Below are positions 17,026-26,839 of a stretch of 32,000 nucleotides of DNA, one piece after another. Source of the DNA: an uncultured SAR116 cluster alpha proteobacterium (lineage in GTDB: Bacteria; Pseudomonadota; Alphaproteobacteria; Puniceispirillales; Marisalimonadaceae); NCBI GenBank assembly GCA_902623995.1, contig CACNWE010000002.1:203282-235281 (forward strand). Reading direction: 5' to 3'. Within the stretch, counting starts at the first letter, position 1. Each line of letters begins with the position of its first letter. The notes beneath the pieces are model-generated. The model searched no databases. It was not told the origin of the DNA and worked only from the letters and a program-made list of their open reading frames with translations. Position numbers and translations under genes: made by a program.

Positions 17026-17466
17026 ATGAAAAAATGGCAAGATATTAAATTAGATGACGAGACTATGTGGCCAAAGGAAGGTCTTGTAAAACTTGATCGT
17101 CCACATGTTGACGATCGTGGTTTTATACAAAATCTTGTGAATTTCCCTATGAAAAATATTTCATTAATTTCTTCAAAAAAGGGATCTATACGCTCTAATC
17201 ATTATCATCTTACTGATTGGCATTATATGTATGTATTGTTTGGATCTTTTGATTATTATTACAAACCAACAAACAGTGATGTTGATTTAAAATGTATACG
17301 AGTAAAAAAAGGTGAAATGATATTTACTCCACCTATGGAAGATCATGCTACATTTTTTTTAGAAGATTGTAATCTATTAGCTATGAGTCGTAATCCGAGA
17401 GATCAGAAAACATACGAATCAGATACACGAAGAATAATTTTGATTTCTCCAGAAGATTTAAAATAA
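17026..17466 (+). CDS. RmlC-like cupin; NDP-4-keto-6-deoxy-sugar epimerase or 3,4-ketoisomerase-like
   Basis: 146 aa, with VDDRGFIQNL and SIRSNHYH as in small sugar-nucleotide cupins (FdtA/QdtA/RmlC-like). The stop overlaps the next start (TAATG). Confidence 0.6.
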   Translation: MKKWQDIKLDDETMWPKEGLVKLDRPHVDDRGFIQNLVNFPMKNISLISSKKGSIRSNHYHLTDWHYMYVLFGSFDYYYKPTNSDVDLKCIRVKKGEMIFTPPMEDHATFFLEDCNLLAMSRNPRDQKTYESDTRRIILISPEDLK

Positions 17467-18716
17467 TGTCTAATTATACTTATTATTTTAAAAAAAGTTG
17501 TAGAATGTGTGGTGATACGTCTTTGAAAAAAGGGATGGCTCTTACTCCCACACCACCTGGAAACGATTTCCTAAAACAAAGTGAACTTCATTTTGATGAA
17601 AAAAAATACCCATTAGATTTGTATTTTTGTGAAAACTGCTGTCATATACAATTAGGTCATGTAGTAAATCCAAAAATTCTTTATCAAAAAAATTATACTT
17701 ATGTATCTGCTACTTCATCAGAATTTGTTAACCATCTTAAAAATTATGCAAATAATATGATAGAACGTTTTAATTTAAAGTCTGGTTCACTGATAATAGA
17801 TATCGGTTCTAATGATGGAACAACACTCAGTTTTTTTAAAGATTTAGGTTTAAAGGTTTTAGGTATAGATCCTGCCAAAGAAATCGCTAAGAAAGCTACA
17901 AATACAGGTATAGAAACAATAGGAGATTTTTTTAATTTTGAGTTAGCTTGCAAAATAAAAAATAAATATGGAAGTTCTAAATTTATTACATCTCACAATG
18001 CTTGCGCTCATATTGATGATTTATTAGATGTTATTAAGGGGGTTGAATATTGCTTAGATGATGATGGTGTATTTGTAATTGAAGTTGGATACTTTTTAGA
18101 TGTCTATGAAAATATTTGGTTTGACACTATTTATCATGAGCATCTTGATTATCATACTGTAGCTCCATTTGAAAAATTATTTGCGCGGGTTGGTATGGAG
18201 ATTATAGATGTTGAAAGAATTAATCCACAAGGTGGTTCAATCCGTATTATTGCTCAAAAAAAAGATGGACAACATTCAAGATCACCTAATGTAGACAAGT
18301 TGATTGAATTTGAAAAAAAACAGGGTCTTGATCAAATTTTGATATTGCAAGAATTTGAAAAAAAAATAAGTGAAGTAAAGAAAAAATTATATAAATTAGT
18401 CAGCACACTTAAGGAGGGCGGCAAAATTATTGCAGGCTTTGGTGCACCGACTAAGGCTACTACACTTATGGCTCATTTTGGTTTAGATAAAAACATGATT
18501 GATTTTATAGTTGATGATAACCCATTAAAACAAGGACTGTTTACCCCAATGGCACATATTCCAGTACTGTCACCTAAAGCTCTATATTCACGTAAGCCAG
18601 ATTATGTTATCATTTTAGCTTGGAACTTTGCAGAACCAATAATGAAAATGCAAGAGAAATACTCTCGAGAAATAGGCCAATTTATTATACCTATGCCAAC
18701 TCCTCTTGTTAGGTAA
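17466..18716 (+). CDS. SAM-dependent NDP-hexose C-methyltransferase (TylCIII/EvaC-like) with an N-terminal zinc ribbon
   Basis: CRMCGDTSL...CENCCHIQL (CxxC...CxxC), class I SAM motif LIIDIGSNDGT, and a C-terminal domain with GFGAPTKATTLM typical of this three-domain family. Confidence 0.8.
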   Translation: MSNYTYYFKKSCRMCGDTSLKKGMALTPTPPGNDFLKQSELHFDEKKYPLDLYFCENCCHIQLGHVVNPKILYQKNYTYVSATSSEFVNHLKNYANNMIERFNLKSGSLIIDIGSNDGTTLSFFKDLGLKVLGIDPAKEIAKKATNTGIETIGDFFNFELACKIKNKYGSSKFITSHNACAHIDDLLDVIKGVEYCLDDDGVFVIEVGYFLDVYENIWFDTIYHEHLDYHTVAPFEKLFARVGMEIIDVERINPQGGSIRIIAQKKDGQHSRSPNVDKLIEFEKKQGLDQILILQEFEKKISEVKKKLYKLVSTLKEGGKIIAGFGAPTKATTLMAHFGLDKNMIDFIVDDNPLKQGLFTPMAHIPVLSPKALYSRKPDYVIILAWNFAEPIMKMQEKYSREIGQFIIPMPTPLVR

Positions 18717-18746
18717 ATACAAATAAGCTTGAAGTGGAAACCTGAA

Positions 18747-19418
18747 ATGCAAAAAAAAAGAATCCTTGTTGTGTCTCCTCATCCAGATGATGAAACTTTA
18801 GGAGTAGGAGGAACAATTGCTAAATATGCAAATGAAGGTCATACAGTAAATGTTCTAACCATATCTGGGCACCTTCCTCCTATATATAGACGTGTAGATT
18901 ATGAAACAACTTTACAAGAAGCAAATAGGGCTTTTAAAATTTTGGGTGTTAGTAATTCAGAATTTTTAGAATTGCCTGCAACCATGATTAATAAAACACC
19001 AATTCATGAACTTAATAGCAAAATAATGAAAACAATTAGTAATTTCAATCCACATTTTGTTTTTTGTCCTTATCCTGATAGACATATAGACCACCGTCTA
19101 ATATTTGAAAGTGTTATGGTAGCAACACGGCCAGTAGGTTTGGGTCAAAATATTGAAATTGTTGCAGCTTACGAGACACTTTCAGAAACACATTGGAATG
19201 CTCCACATATTGAGCCAAATTTTACACCAAATTGGGTAATAGATATTTCAAATTATATAGAAAAAAAAATTGAAGCCTTAAATTGTTATGAATCTCAAAT
19301 TACTAGTTTCCCAGGGCCAAGGTCATTAGAAGCATTAGAAGCATTAGCTAAATTTAGAGGCACTCAAGCAGGATTCGCATACGGAGAAGGTATGCATATT
19401 ATAAGAATGGTTAGTTAA
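18747..19418 (+). CDS. LmbE/PIG-L family N-acetyl-sugar deacetylase
   Basis: ILVVSPHPDDETLGVGGT and PDRHIDH zinc-ligand motifs. The ORF track begins at TTG 18729; ATG 18747 (MQKKRILVV) is likelier. Confidence 0.85.
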   Translation: MQKKRILVVSPHPDDETLGVGGTIAKYANEGHTVNVLTISGHLPPIYRRVDYETTLQEANRAFKILGVSNSEFLELPATMINKTPIHELNSKIMKTISNFNPHFVFCPYPDRHIDHRLIFESVMVATRPVGLGQNIEIVAAYETLSETHWNAPHIEPNFTPNWVIDISNYIEKKIEALNCYESQITSFPGPRSLEALEALAKFRGTQAGFAYGEGMHIIRMVS

Positions 19419-19543
19419 ATCAAATCATAATTTGTAGATTTTAAAATAATTATTTTTAAAATATTTATGTTGAAAAATTCTCTGTTGTTAATGATGATAT
19501 TGATTTTTATAATTTCTTTTACTTATAATTTTAGAGTAACAAT

Positions 19544-21454
19544 ATGAATGAATTTGCAAAAATTTTACTTTATCTGCCCAGGTCATCAAGGCGAAACATT
19601 GCAATTATAACTGACATCTGTTTGTGTTTAATATGTACTTGGATCGCTTTTATTATTAGATTAGAAGAGTTAATCTTATTAAAAGACTTTAATATACTTT
19701 CTGCATTAATTTCAGTTATTGTTGCTATACCATTATTCTGGTTATTTGGATTATATAGAACTATTATTCGCTTTGCTGGATTATCTATTATTTATACAGT
19801 TTTAATGTCTATACTTCTTTATGGGCTGATTTATTTTTTAGTTATCGGTGTTTACGGTATTGAAGGTGTGCCAAGAATGATTGGTATTATTCAACCAATG
19901 ATACTTTTTTTTGCAATTAGTAGCTCAAGGTTATTAATTAGGTATTCATTAATTAGCAATTTAAATATAAATAAAACAATTAATAAAAAAAATGTATTAA
20001 TTTATGGAGCCGGAGAAGCTGGCAGACAGTTAGTTACTTCCTTAGAAGGTAGCCCTGAGTTTCAAGTGATTGGATTTTTGGATGATAATTCTCAACTGCA
20101 TAAACAAGTTGTATCTGGGTATACTGTTTTTTCTCAATTTCACTTAGAAAAATTAATACAAACCAAAAATATTGTTTTAATATTTATGGCAATGCCAGCG
20201 ATTGGAAGAAGTAAAAGAAATCAAATAATAGAAAGTTTAAATAAATATAAATTAATTGTTAAAACTCTTCCAAGCATATCTGAAATAGTAGATGGTAGAA
20301 TTACAATATCTGATATAAGGGATTTGAATGTTGAGGATTTATTAAATCGAGATGAAGTAAAGCCATCGACTACTCTCTTAAATAAAAATATTAACTTAAA
20401 AACAATTCTAGTCACAGGTGCTGGGGGATCCATTGGTTCAGAATTATGTCGTCAAATTATCCGATTAAAGCCAAAAAAATTAGTTCTCGTAGAGATAAAT
20501 GAATTTGCACTCTACAAAATTTATGAGGAACTTTCATCTATCAGTAAAAAAATAAAAATTATCCCGTTGCTTACTAATGTGCAAGATCAAAAAAAAATAG
20601 AGAAAATTTTGGAAATCTTCAAAGTTGAAACTGTTTATCATGCAGCTGCTTACAAACATGTTCCTTTAGTTGAAGAAAATATTTGTGAGGGAGTTAAAAA
20701 TAATATTTTTAGTACATTAGCAATCACAAAAGCTTCTGTTAGTAAAAATGTATCTAATTTAGTTCTTATATCAAGTGATAAAGCTGTTAGGCCAACTAAT
20801 GTTATGGGTGCTTCTAAAAGAATATCTGAGCTTTGTTTGCAGAGTATTTACAATAATACTAAAAATATTAGCACAAATTTTTCAATTGTTAGATTTGGTA
20901 ATGTTTTAGAATCATCTGGATCAGTTATACCAAAATTCAAAAAGCAAATTAGAGAAGGAGGTCCTGTTACATTAACGCATCCAGATGTAACAAGATATTT
21001 TATGACTGTCGGGGAGGCTGCGCAATTAGTCATCCAAGCTGGAGCAATGGGAAAAAAATCTGAAGTTTTTGTTCTTGATATGGGAGAAAATATTAAAATT
21101 AAAGATTTGATCCACAAAATGATTAGACTGTCAGGATTTACTGTTAAAGATTCGAAATATCCATCAGGTGATATAGAAATAAAGATAACAGGACTCAGGC
21201 CAGGTGAAAAATTATTTGAAGAATTATTGATTGGAAAAAACCCTAAAAAAACTCGCCACGAAAAAATTTATAAAGCGCAAGATCCTTTTATTCCTTATGA
21301 ACAGCTTATCATAAATTTAGATAAGTTATATTTTTTATTAGAAAACAATAAAGTTTTAGAAGTAATAAACTTAATATCTAACTTAGTGCCTTCTTATCAA
21401 TCTAATTCTGAAATTGTTGATCATATTTATAAAGAAAAATTGTATCATAAATAA
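19544..21454 (+). CDS. Membrane-anchored UDP-GlcNAc 4,6-dehydratase (PglF/CapD/WbpM family)
   Basis: Four N-terminal transmembrane helices, a first Rossmann VLIYGAGEAGRQL, and an SDR domain VTGAGGSIGSEL...YHAAAYKHVP...SSDKAV. The 636 aa size is typical. Confidence 0.9.
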   Translation: MNEFAKILLYLPRSSRRNIAIITDICLCLICTWIAFIIRLEELILLKDFNILSALISVIVAIPLFWLFGLYRTIIRFAGLSIIYTVLMSILLYGLIYFLVIGVYGIEGVPRMIGIIQPMILFFAISSSRLLIRYSLISNLNINKTINKKNVLIYGAGEAGRQLVTSLEGSPEFQVIGFLDDNSQLHKQVVSGYTVFSQFHLEKLIQTKNIVLIFMAMPAIGRSKRNQIIESLNKYKLIVKTLPSISEIVDGRITISDIRDLNVEDLLNRDEVKPSTTLLNKNINLKTILVTGAGGSIGSELCRQIIRLKPKKLVLVEINEFALYKIYEELSSISKKIKIIPLLTNVQDQKKIEKILEIFKVETVYHAAAYKHVPLVEENICEGVKNNIFSTLAITKASVSKNVSNLVLISSDKAVRPTNVMGASKRISELCLQSIYNNTKNISTNFSIVRFGNVLESSGSVIPKFKKQIREGGPVTLTHPDVTRYFMTVGEAAQLVIQAGAMGKKSEVFVLDMGENIKIKDLIHKMIRLSGFTVKDSKYPSGDIEIKITGLRPGEKLFEELLIGKNPKKTRHEKIYKAQDPFIPYEQLIINLDKLYFLLENNKVLEVINLISNLVPSYQSNSEIVDHIYKEKLYHK

Positions 21455-21577
21455 GATAAGTGGGCTTTTTTAAAAACAAATTGTTATATGTTTAGCCGTA
21501 TAAATTATTAAAAAAGCTTTTAATGTCATTATGTAAAATATATGTTGGGTAGTATGTAATCTATTTAAAATTTTTTA

Positions 21578-22621
21578 TCAATAGTTGTCCACTCTCCAAT
21601 AAATTGGAAAATCAGGTTCAAAAATCTTTATTTTATCGTTGCCAACATTTACGTATCTTCTAAATACCACTTTTTCTTGTATTTTTCGTAATTTAATTTT
21701 TTCTTTATTTAAACCTAAATTATAGTGAAATGCTCCATTTTTACTTACAAAATTTTCTAATTTATCTATTGATTTTTCATTATCAAAAATTTGAGCTAAA
21801 ATTGCTAAGCAGTACGTTGCATTAAAAATACCAGCACATCCACATGCATTCTCTTTATCAATTTTTAAGTGAGGAGCCGTATCTGTACCTAAAAAAAATT
21901 TTTTATTGCCACTAATGGCTGCTTTTAAAAGAGATTTTCTATGTATTTCTCTTTTTAATATTGGCAAACAATAATTATGAGGTCTTATACCTCCAACGAA
22001 AAGAGCGTTTCTGTTTAATGCCAAATGATGAGGTGTAATTGATGCTGCTAAATTTTTATTGCCATCATTTACATAATCTACTGCATCCTTCGTTGTTATA
22101 TGCTCTAGGGTTATTTTTAGTTCGGGAAACTTCTTGCAAATATTATCGAGCTTTTCATCTATAAACACCCTCTCTCTGTCAAAAACATCTATTTTTTTAT
22201 CAGTGACTTCTCCATGAATTAAGAGGGGCATGCCAATTTTTGCCATTGTCTCGAGCGTTGTCATGATTTTGCTTATATCTTTCACACCTGAGTCAGAATT
22301 AGTTGTAGCTCCTGCAGGATAAAGTTTTGCTGCAAAAACAGCTTTTTCATCAAATGCAAATTTTAATTCATCTTTATTAATATTTTCTGTTAAATAAATA
22401 GTCATAAATGGTTCAAAATTATCACTTTGTGGGATAGCATTTTCTATCTCTTTTTTGTAATTAAGTGCTTGCTCAGCATTTATTATAGGTGGCAATAAAT
22501 TTGGCATAACTATAGATCTTCTAAAGTGTCTTGTTGTTTCTGGTACTACTGCTTTTAAAATCTCATTATCTCTAAAATGGACATGCCAGTCGTCAGGTTT
22601 AATAATATCTATTTCTTCCAT
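21578..22621 (-). CDS. pyrC: Dihydroorotase, class II (E. coli type)
   Basis: PDDWHVHFRD metal site, AKLYPAGATTNS, FLGTDTAPH, 347 aa. Confidence 0.9.
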   Translation of the reverse strand: MEEIDIIKPDDWHVHFRDNEILKAVVPETTRHFRRSIVMPNLLPPIINAEQALNYKKEIENAIPQSDNFEPFMTIYLTENINKDELKFAFDEKAVFAAKLYPAGATTNSDSGVKDISKIMTTLETMAKIGMPLLIHGEVTDKKIDVFDRERVFIDEKLDNICKKFPELKITLEHITTKDAVDYVNDGNKNLAASITPHHLALNRNALFVGGIRPHNYCLPILKREIHRKSLLKAAISGNKKFFLGTDTAPHLKIDKENACGCAGIFNATYCLAILAQIFDNEKSIDKLENFVSKNGAFHYNLGLNKEKIKLRKIQEKVVFRRYVNVGNDKIKIFEPDFPIYWRVDNY

Positions 22622-22707
22622 ATGTATGATCTAACCTTTAAAAGTTTTGCTTAATGTGTTAATTATTAACATTAATTTCAAAATAATAAAATTTTGGGAA
22701 ATTTACT

Positions 22708-23307
22708 ATGAAAATCTCAATTATCTCTGCTAGTCACAGATTAAATTCTCAATCAAAAAGAATTTCTGTTTTTTTGCAAAATAATCTTTCTAAAATAGAT
22801 TCTGAACTAGATATTTTTATTTTGGATTTAGCAAACGAAAGATTACCACTTTGGTCACCTGAAAAAAAAGAAGGTAAGGGAGTTTGGGGAGAAACTTGGA
22901 ATTCAATATCAGACAATCTTAATAAATCAGATGCTTTTATTTTAGTAGTTCCCGAATATGGTGGAATGGCAACTCCTGCGGCAAAAAACATTTTTTTATT
23001 ATGTGGAAATGGAGAGTTTGCTCATAAACCTGGACTTATCGTATCAATAAGTAGTGGGAATGGTGGTGCATATCCTGTATCTGAACTAAGAACTTCTTCT
23101 TACAAGAACACGCATTTAATGTGGATACCAGAAAACATCATTATTAGAAATGTTGAAGAATTTAATCCTGGTTCTCATGGCAAGAATATTCCTAATTGGT
23201 TAGAAGGTAGAATTGATTATGTTTTGAATTTACTTGTAGTTTATGCATTTAATATGAAACCGCTAAGAAAGATTATTAATAGAAAGGATTTTGGTAATGG
23301 AATGTAA
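22708..23307 (+). CDS. NAD(P)H-dependent FMN reductase-like flavoprotein
   Basis: Flavodoxin-like [11 protein letters not shown] and [18 protein letters not shown] (cf. the tPEYNgs..g.lKN motif). Confidence 0.7.
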   Translation: MKISIISASHRLNSQSKRISVFLQNNLSKIDSELDIFILDLANERLPLWSPEKKEGKGVWGETWNSISDNLNKSDAFILVVPEYGGMATPAAKNIFLLCGNGEFAHKPGLIVSISSGNGGAYPVSELRTSSYKNTHLMWIPENIIIRNVEEFNPGSHGKNIPNWLEGRIDYVLNLLVVYAFNMKPLRKIINRKDFGNGM

Positions 23308-23587
23308 GGATTTAATCAAAGAGTTTGAAAATATGGATGGTTGGACAAAAACAGATGATGGTCGGGAGGCATACACCAAATTTTTCAAGTTTACTGATTT
23401 TAAACAAGCATTTTCTTTTATGACTTCGATAGCAATGAAAGCTGAACAAATAAACCATCATCCTGAATGGGAAAATGTTTATAATAAAGTCACAATAACT
23501 TTAACCACCCATGACAAAGGTGGAATTACAGAATTAGATTATGATATGGCACTTTTTGCTGAAAGCTGTTGTAAAAATTATATTTAG
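23297..23587 (+). CDS. phhB: Pterin-4-alpha-carbinolamine dehydratase (PCD/DCoH)
   Basis: [25 protein letters not shown] is the family signature. ATG 23297 overlaps the upstream gene end by 11 nt. Confidence 0.9.
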   Translation: MECKDLIKEFENMDGWTKTDDGREAYTKFFKFTDFKQAFSFMTSIAMKAEQINHHPEWENVYNKVTITLTTHDKGGITELDYDMALFAESCCKNYI

Positions 23588-23605
23588 TTTTTTAATGAAT
23601 TGGTT

Positions 23606-25573
23606 ATGAACAAAAAGAAAGTGTTAAATCCCGTTTTATGGTCCCCATCTGATGAAAGAATTAAGTCTTCACAGATGTATAATTTTATTAAAATTATTAA
23701 TAAAAAAAATAACATAAATATTCAAAGTTTTGCTGATTTACATACTTGGTCAATTGAGAACAAGTCTAACTTTTGGTCACTAGTTTGGGATTTTTTTGAT
23801 GTGATTGGATCTAAAGGGATGGAACCTTATATTGATCCAATAAATCAAATGCCAGGTAGTAAATTTTTTCCATATGGCAAAGTTAATTATGCTGAAAATA
23901 TGCTTTCAGGAGATTCTTTAGTTCCTGCTATTGTGTTTAAATCTGAAGATAAAATTAGAAGAGAGGTATCTTGGAAAGAGTTGAAAGTTCAAGTTGCAGC
24001 ATTAGCAAACTTTTTGAAAAAACAAGGAATTTCAAAAGGTGATAGGATTGCTGCTTACATGCCTAATATGCCTGAGACTGTGATAATGATGTTAGCAACT
24101 TCATCGATAGGAGCAATTTTTTCCTCTGCGTCACCAGATTTTGGTGTAGAAGGAGTTTTAGATAGATTTGGGCAAATAGAGCCAAAAATTTTACTTACTA
24201 CTGATGGTTATTGGTACAATGGTAAAGAAATTAATATTTCAAATAAAGTAATTGATGTAGTTAAAGCTTTGCCTTCTCTACAAAAAATTATATTAGCCCC
24301 TCTTTTGGGAATTAAAGTTAAATATAATGATGATAGATTTATAAATTATAATTTTATTCAAAATCAATACTCAACAAATAAAATTTCTTTTGAACCACTT
24401 AGTCTGAGTGATCCTTTATATATAATGTTTTCTAGTGGCACTACGGGAAAACCAAAATGCATAGTTCATTCTAATGGTGGAATACTTTTAAAACATCTAG
24501 TTGAAATGGGTTTGCACTCTAATGCAAAAAAGGAAAGTAGAGTGTTCTATTTTACAACATGTGGATGGATGATGTGGAATTGGCTTGTTTCAGGTCTGTT
24601 GTTAAAGTCTACAATCTATTTGTATGATGGCTCACCCTTTTATCCAAATTCGGAAGTTTTGTGGCATTTTGTAGAGAACGAAAAAATAAATTTCATGGGA
24701 GTGTCAGCAAAATATATTGATGCATTAAATAAGGAAAATATCAATATAATTAACAAATATAAACTTAAAAATTTAGAAACTATAGGCTCAACTGGCTCCC
24801 CACTAATACATGAGAGTTTTGATTATATTTATACTAATGTTAAAAAAGATGTTTTGGTTGCAAGCTTATCCGGCGGAACAGATATAGTAGGATGTTTTAT
24901 AGGTGGTAATCCATTATCCGTGGTAAGAAGAGGGGAAATTCAAGGTCCAATTTTAGGAATGGATGTACATGTATATGATGAAAAAGCAAACTCCTTAAAA
25001 AATGAGAAAGGAGAGTTAGTTTGCGTTAAAAGTTTCCCCAGTATGCCATTATTCTTCTGGAATGACAAAAAGAATGAAAAATATCACGACGCTTACTTTA
25101 ATAAATATGAGAATGTGTGGTGTCATGGTGATTATATCTTAAAGACTGAAAATGATGGGTTTATTATTTTTGGTAGATCAGATGCTACTCTAAATCCAGG
25201 AGGAGTTCGTATTGGTACAGCTGAAATTTATAGGCAAGTTGAACAAATTGAAGTAGTTCTGGAGGGTTTGGTTGTAGGTCAAATTTGGAAAGGTGACACA
25301 AGGGTTGTACTTTTTGTTAGGCTTAATGAAAATTCTAATTTGACAGAAGAATTAATGGATAAAATCAAGACTAAAATTAGAACAGGCGCTTCTCCAAGAC
25401 ATGTTCCAGCAAAGATCATCTCTGTTAAGGACATTCCAAGAACAAAGTCAGGTAAGATAGCAGAACTTGCAGTAAGAGATTTAATTCATAATAAACCAAT
25501 AAATAATATTACTGCATTGGCTAATCCAGAATGTTTAGAAGAATATAAAAATATAAAAGAGCTAAATACTTAA
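23606..25573 (+). CDS. Acetoacetyl-CoA synthetase (acetoacetate-CoA ligase, AMP-forming)
   Basis: N-terminal LWSPSDERIKSSQMYNF, the AMP-binding motif FSSGTTGKPKCIVHSNGG and C-terminal PRTKSGKI. The ~655 aa size is typical of AACS. Confidence 0.85.
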   Translation: MNKKKVLNPVLWSPSDERIKSSQMYNFIKIINKKNNINIQSFADLHTWSIENKSNFWSLVWDFFDVIGSKGMEPYIDPINQMPGSKFFPYGKVNYAENMLSGDSLVPAIVFKSEDKIRREVSWKELKVQVAALANFLKKQGISKGDRIAAYMPNMPETVIMMLATSSIGAIFSSASPDFGVEGVLDRFGQIEPKILLTTDGYWYNGKEINISNKVIDVVKALPSLQKIILAPLLGIKVKYNDDRFINYNFIQNQYSTNKISFEPLSLSDPLYIMFSSGTTGKPKCIVHSNGGILLKHLVEMGLHSNAKKESRVFYFTTCGWMMWNWLVSGLLLKSTIYLYDGSPFYPNSEVLWHFVENEKINFMGVSAKYIDALNKENINIINKYKLKNLETIGSTGSPLIHESFDYIYTNVKKDVLVASLSGGTDIVGCFIGGNPLSVVRRGEIQGPILGMDVHVYDEKANSLKNEKGELVCVKSFPSMPLFFWNDKKNEKYHDAYFNKYENVWCHGDYILKTENDGFIIFGRSDATLNPGGVRIGTAEIYRQVEQIEVVLEGLVVGQIWKGDTRVVLFVRLNENSNLTEELMDKIKTKIRTGASPRHVPAKIISVKDIPRTKSGKIAELAVRDLIHNKPINNITALANPECLEEYKNIKELNT

Positions 25574-26784
25574 CTAGTTTGTTTAACTTCTGAATTAACA
25601 AAAAATGGTTCTTCTTTTACAGTAATCGTTAATAAAAAAGCAATTATACCAAGAGCAACACTTAGCCACCACATATTTTCATAACTTCCATATAAATCAA
25701 AGAATCTGCCACCAAGCCAAGCCCCTAAGACTGCACCTAATTGATGGCAAATAAAACAAATACCAGATAATGTTGCCAAATATTTTGGTCCTATAAATGA
25801 TAATATTATAGCATTTGTCATAGGCACTGTTGCTAGCCATAAAATACCTATTACAGCACCAAATAAAATAGCTAATGTTGCGGATGGTGGAGATAAAACA
25901 AATATAGTTATAGTAACTGACCTCATTAAATATATAAAAGCTAATGGCATGGGTTTTTTTACTTTTGTTCCTAACCATCCAAATCCAAGAGTGCCGAGAA
26001 TGTTAGTAACACCAATTATTGCAAGAGACCATCCAGCAACTTCTGCTGAAATACCTTTAGTCATTAAGTCGGTTGGTAAGTGTAAACCAATAAAAGTTAC
26101 ATGAAAACCACATACAAAAAATCCCATTATTAATAAAATATAATTACGCTCTTTCAATGAGAAAAACAGAGTGTTTTGTAATTCATTTCCAAAGCTGTCC
26201 TTTTGACTAACTTTTTCATTTGTATTGTTCAACAAAGGTAACAATATCAACATTGAAATTGTTATTATAGATAAAACAATTAAGCTAGCTTCCCATCCAA
26301 ATGTTTTGTTCATCCACATCGTAGGCAAAACAACTGCAAATTGACCAAAAGACGCAGCAGCTGCAATCAAACCCATTGCAAATGACCTTTTCTCTGGTGG
26401 CGCAACCTTACCTGCAATACTTACCATTGTGGCCATTCCAGCACCGCCTAGTCCAAATCCCATTAATGAAGTGGCTGAAAATAATGTTATTGGATTGTTG
26501 GGATTGCTCATTAAAAAAATTCCAGAAGCAAAGCAAATGATACCAAAAGCTAAAACTTTTTGTGGTCCAAATCTATCAATTAAAATTCCTAAGCCAAACG
26601 TTACAACACCCCAAATGATTGCTTGAAAACCTATTGCAAAAGAAAAAAATTCTTTCCCGTCTTTCATGAACTGGCTAATAGGTTCTAAAAAGAGGCCCAA
26701 AGACTGGCGAACTCCCATAATCATAATAATTATCAATGAACAAACCAAAACGATTAATTGCCAATCAATTTTTTTTGATAACAT
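25570..26784 (-). CDS. Major facilitator superfamily transporter
   Basis: 404 aa with ~12 hydrophobic helices and the loop 2-3 motif GILIDRFGPQK. Confidence 0.8.
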   Translation of the reverse strand: MLSKKIDWQLIVLVCSLIIIMIMGVRQSLGLFLEPISQFMKDGKEFFSFAIGFQAIIWGVVTFGLGILIDRFGPQKVLAFGIICFASGIFLMSNPNNPITLFSATSLMGFGLGGAGMATMVSIAGKVAPPEKRSFAMGLIAAAASFGQFAVVLPTMWMNKTFGWEASLIVLSIITISMLILLPLLNNTNEKVSQKDSFGNELQNTLFFSLKERNYILLIMGFFVCGFHVTFIGLHLPTDLMTKGISAEVAGWSLAIIGVTNILGTLGFGWLGTKVKKPMPLAFIYLMRSVTITIFVLSPPSATLAILFGAVIGILWLATVPMTNAIILSFIGPKYLATLSGICFICHQLGAVLGAWLGGRFFDLYGSYENMWWLSVALGIIAFLLTITVKEEPFFVNSEVKQTS

Positions 26785-26839
26785 TTTATATCCTCATAAA
26801 TTTATTGATATGACTTTATCAATGATTAAAATAATTATA

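Noticed and set aside
17026-17466. Whether the cupin could be an MpnS/HEPD-type dioxygenase completing a methylphosphonate pathway
   Set aside because: At 146 aa it is a single small cupin. MpnS and HEPD are roughly three times larger with tandem cupin folds. It is also TAATG-coupled to a sugar C-methyltransferase and 5.4 kb away from the phosphonate operon.
17466-18716. Whether the methyltransferase could be a Fom3-like methylase acting on CMP-HEP
   Set aside because: It has a CxxC...CxxC zinc ribbon and a class I SAM fold (DIGSNDGT). It lacks the CxxxCxxC radical-SAM cluster and cobalamin domain of Fom3. Its architecture matches NDP-hexose C-methyltransferases.
22645-22680. 7-1-7 palindrome TGTTAAT-T-ATTAACA in the pyrC/FMN-reductase divergent spacer, considered as a pyrimidine or purine regulator site
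   Set aside because: It is composed almost only of A/T and is short. It matches no operator consensus that I can recall with confidence, and it is likely to occur by chance in this composition.
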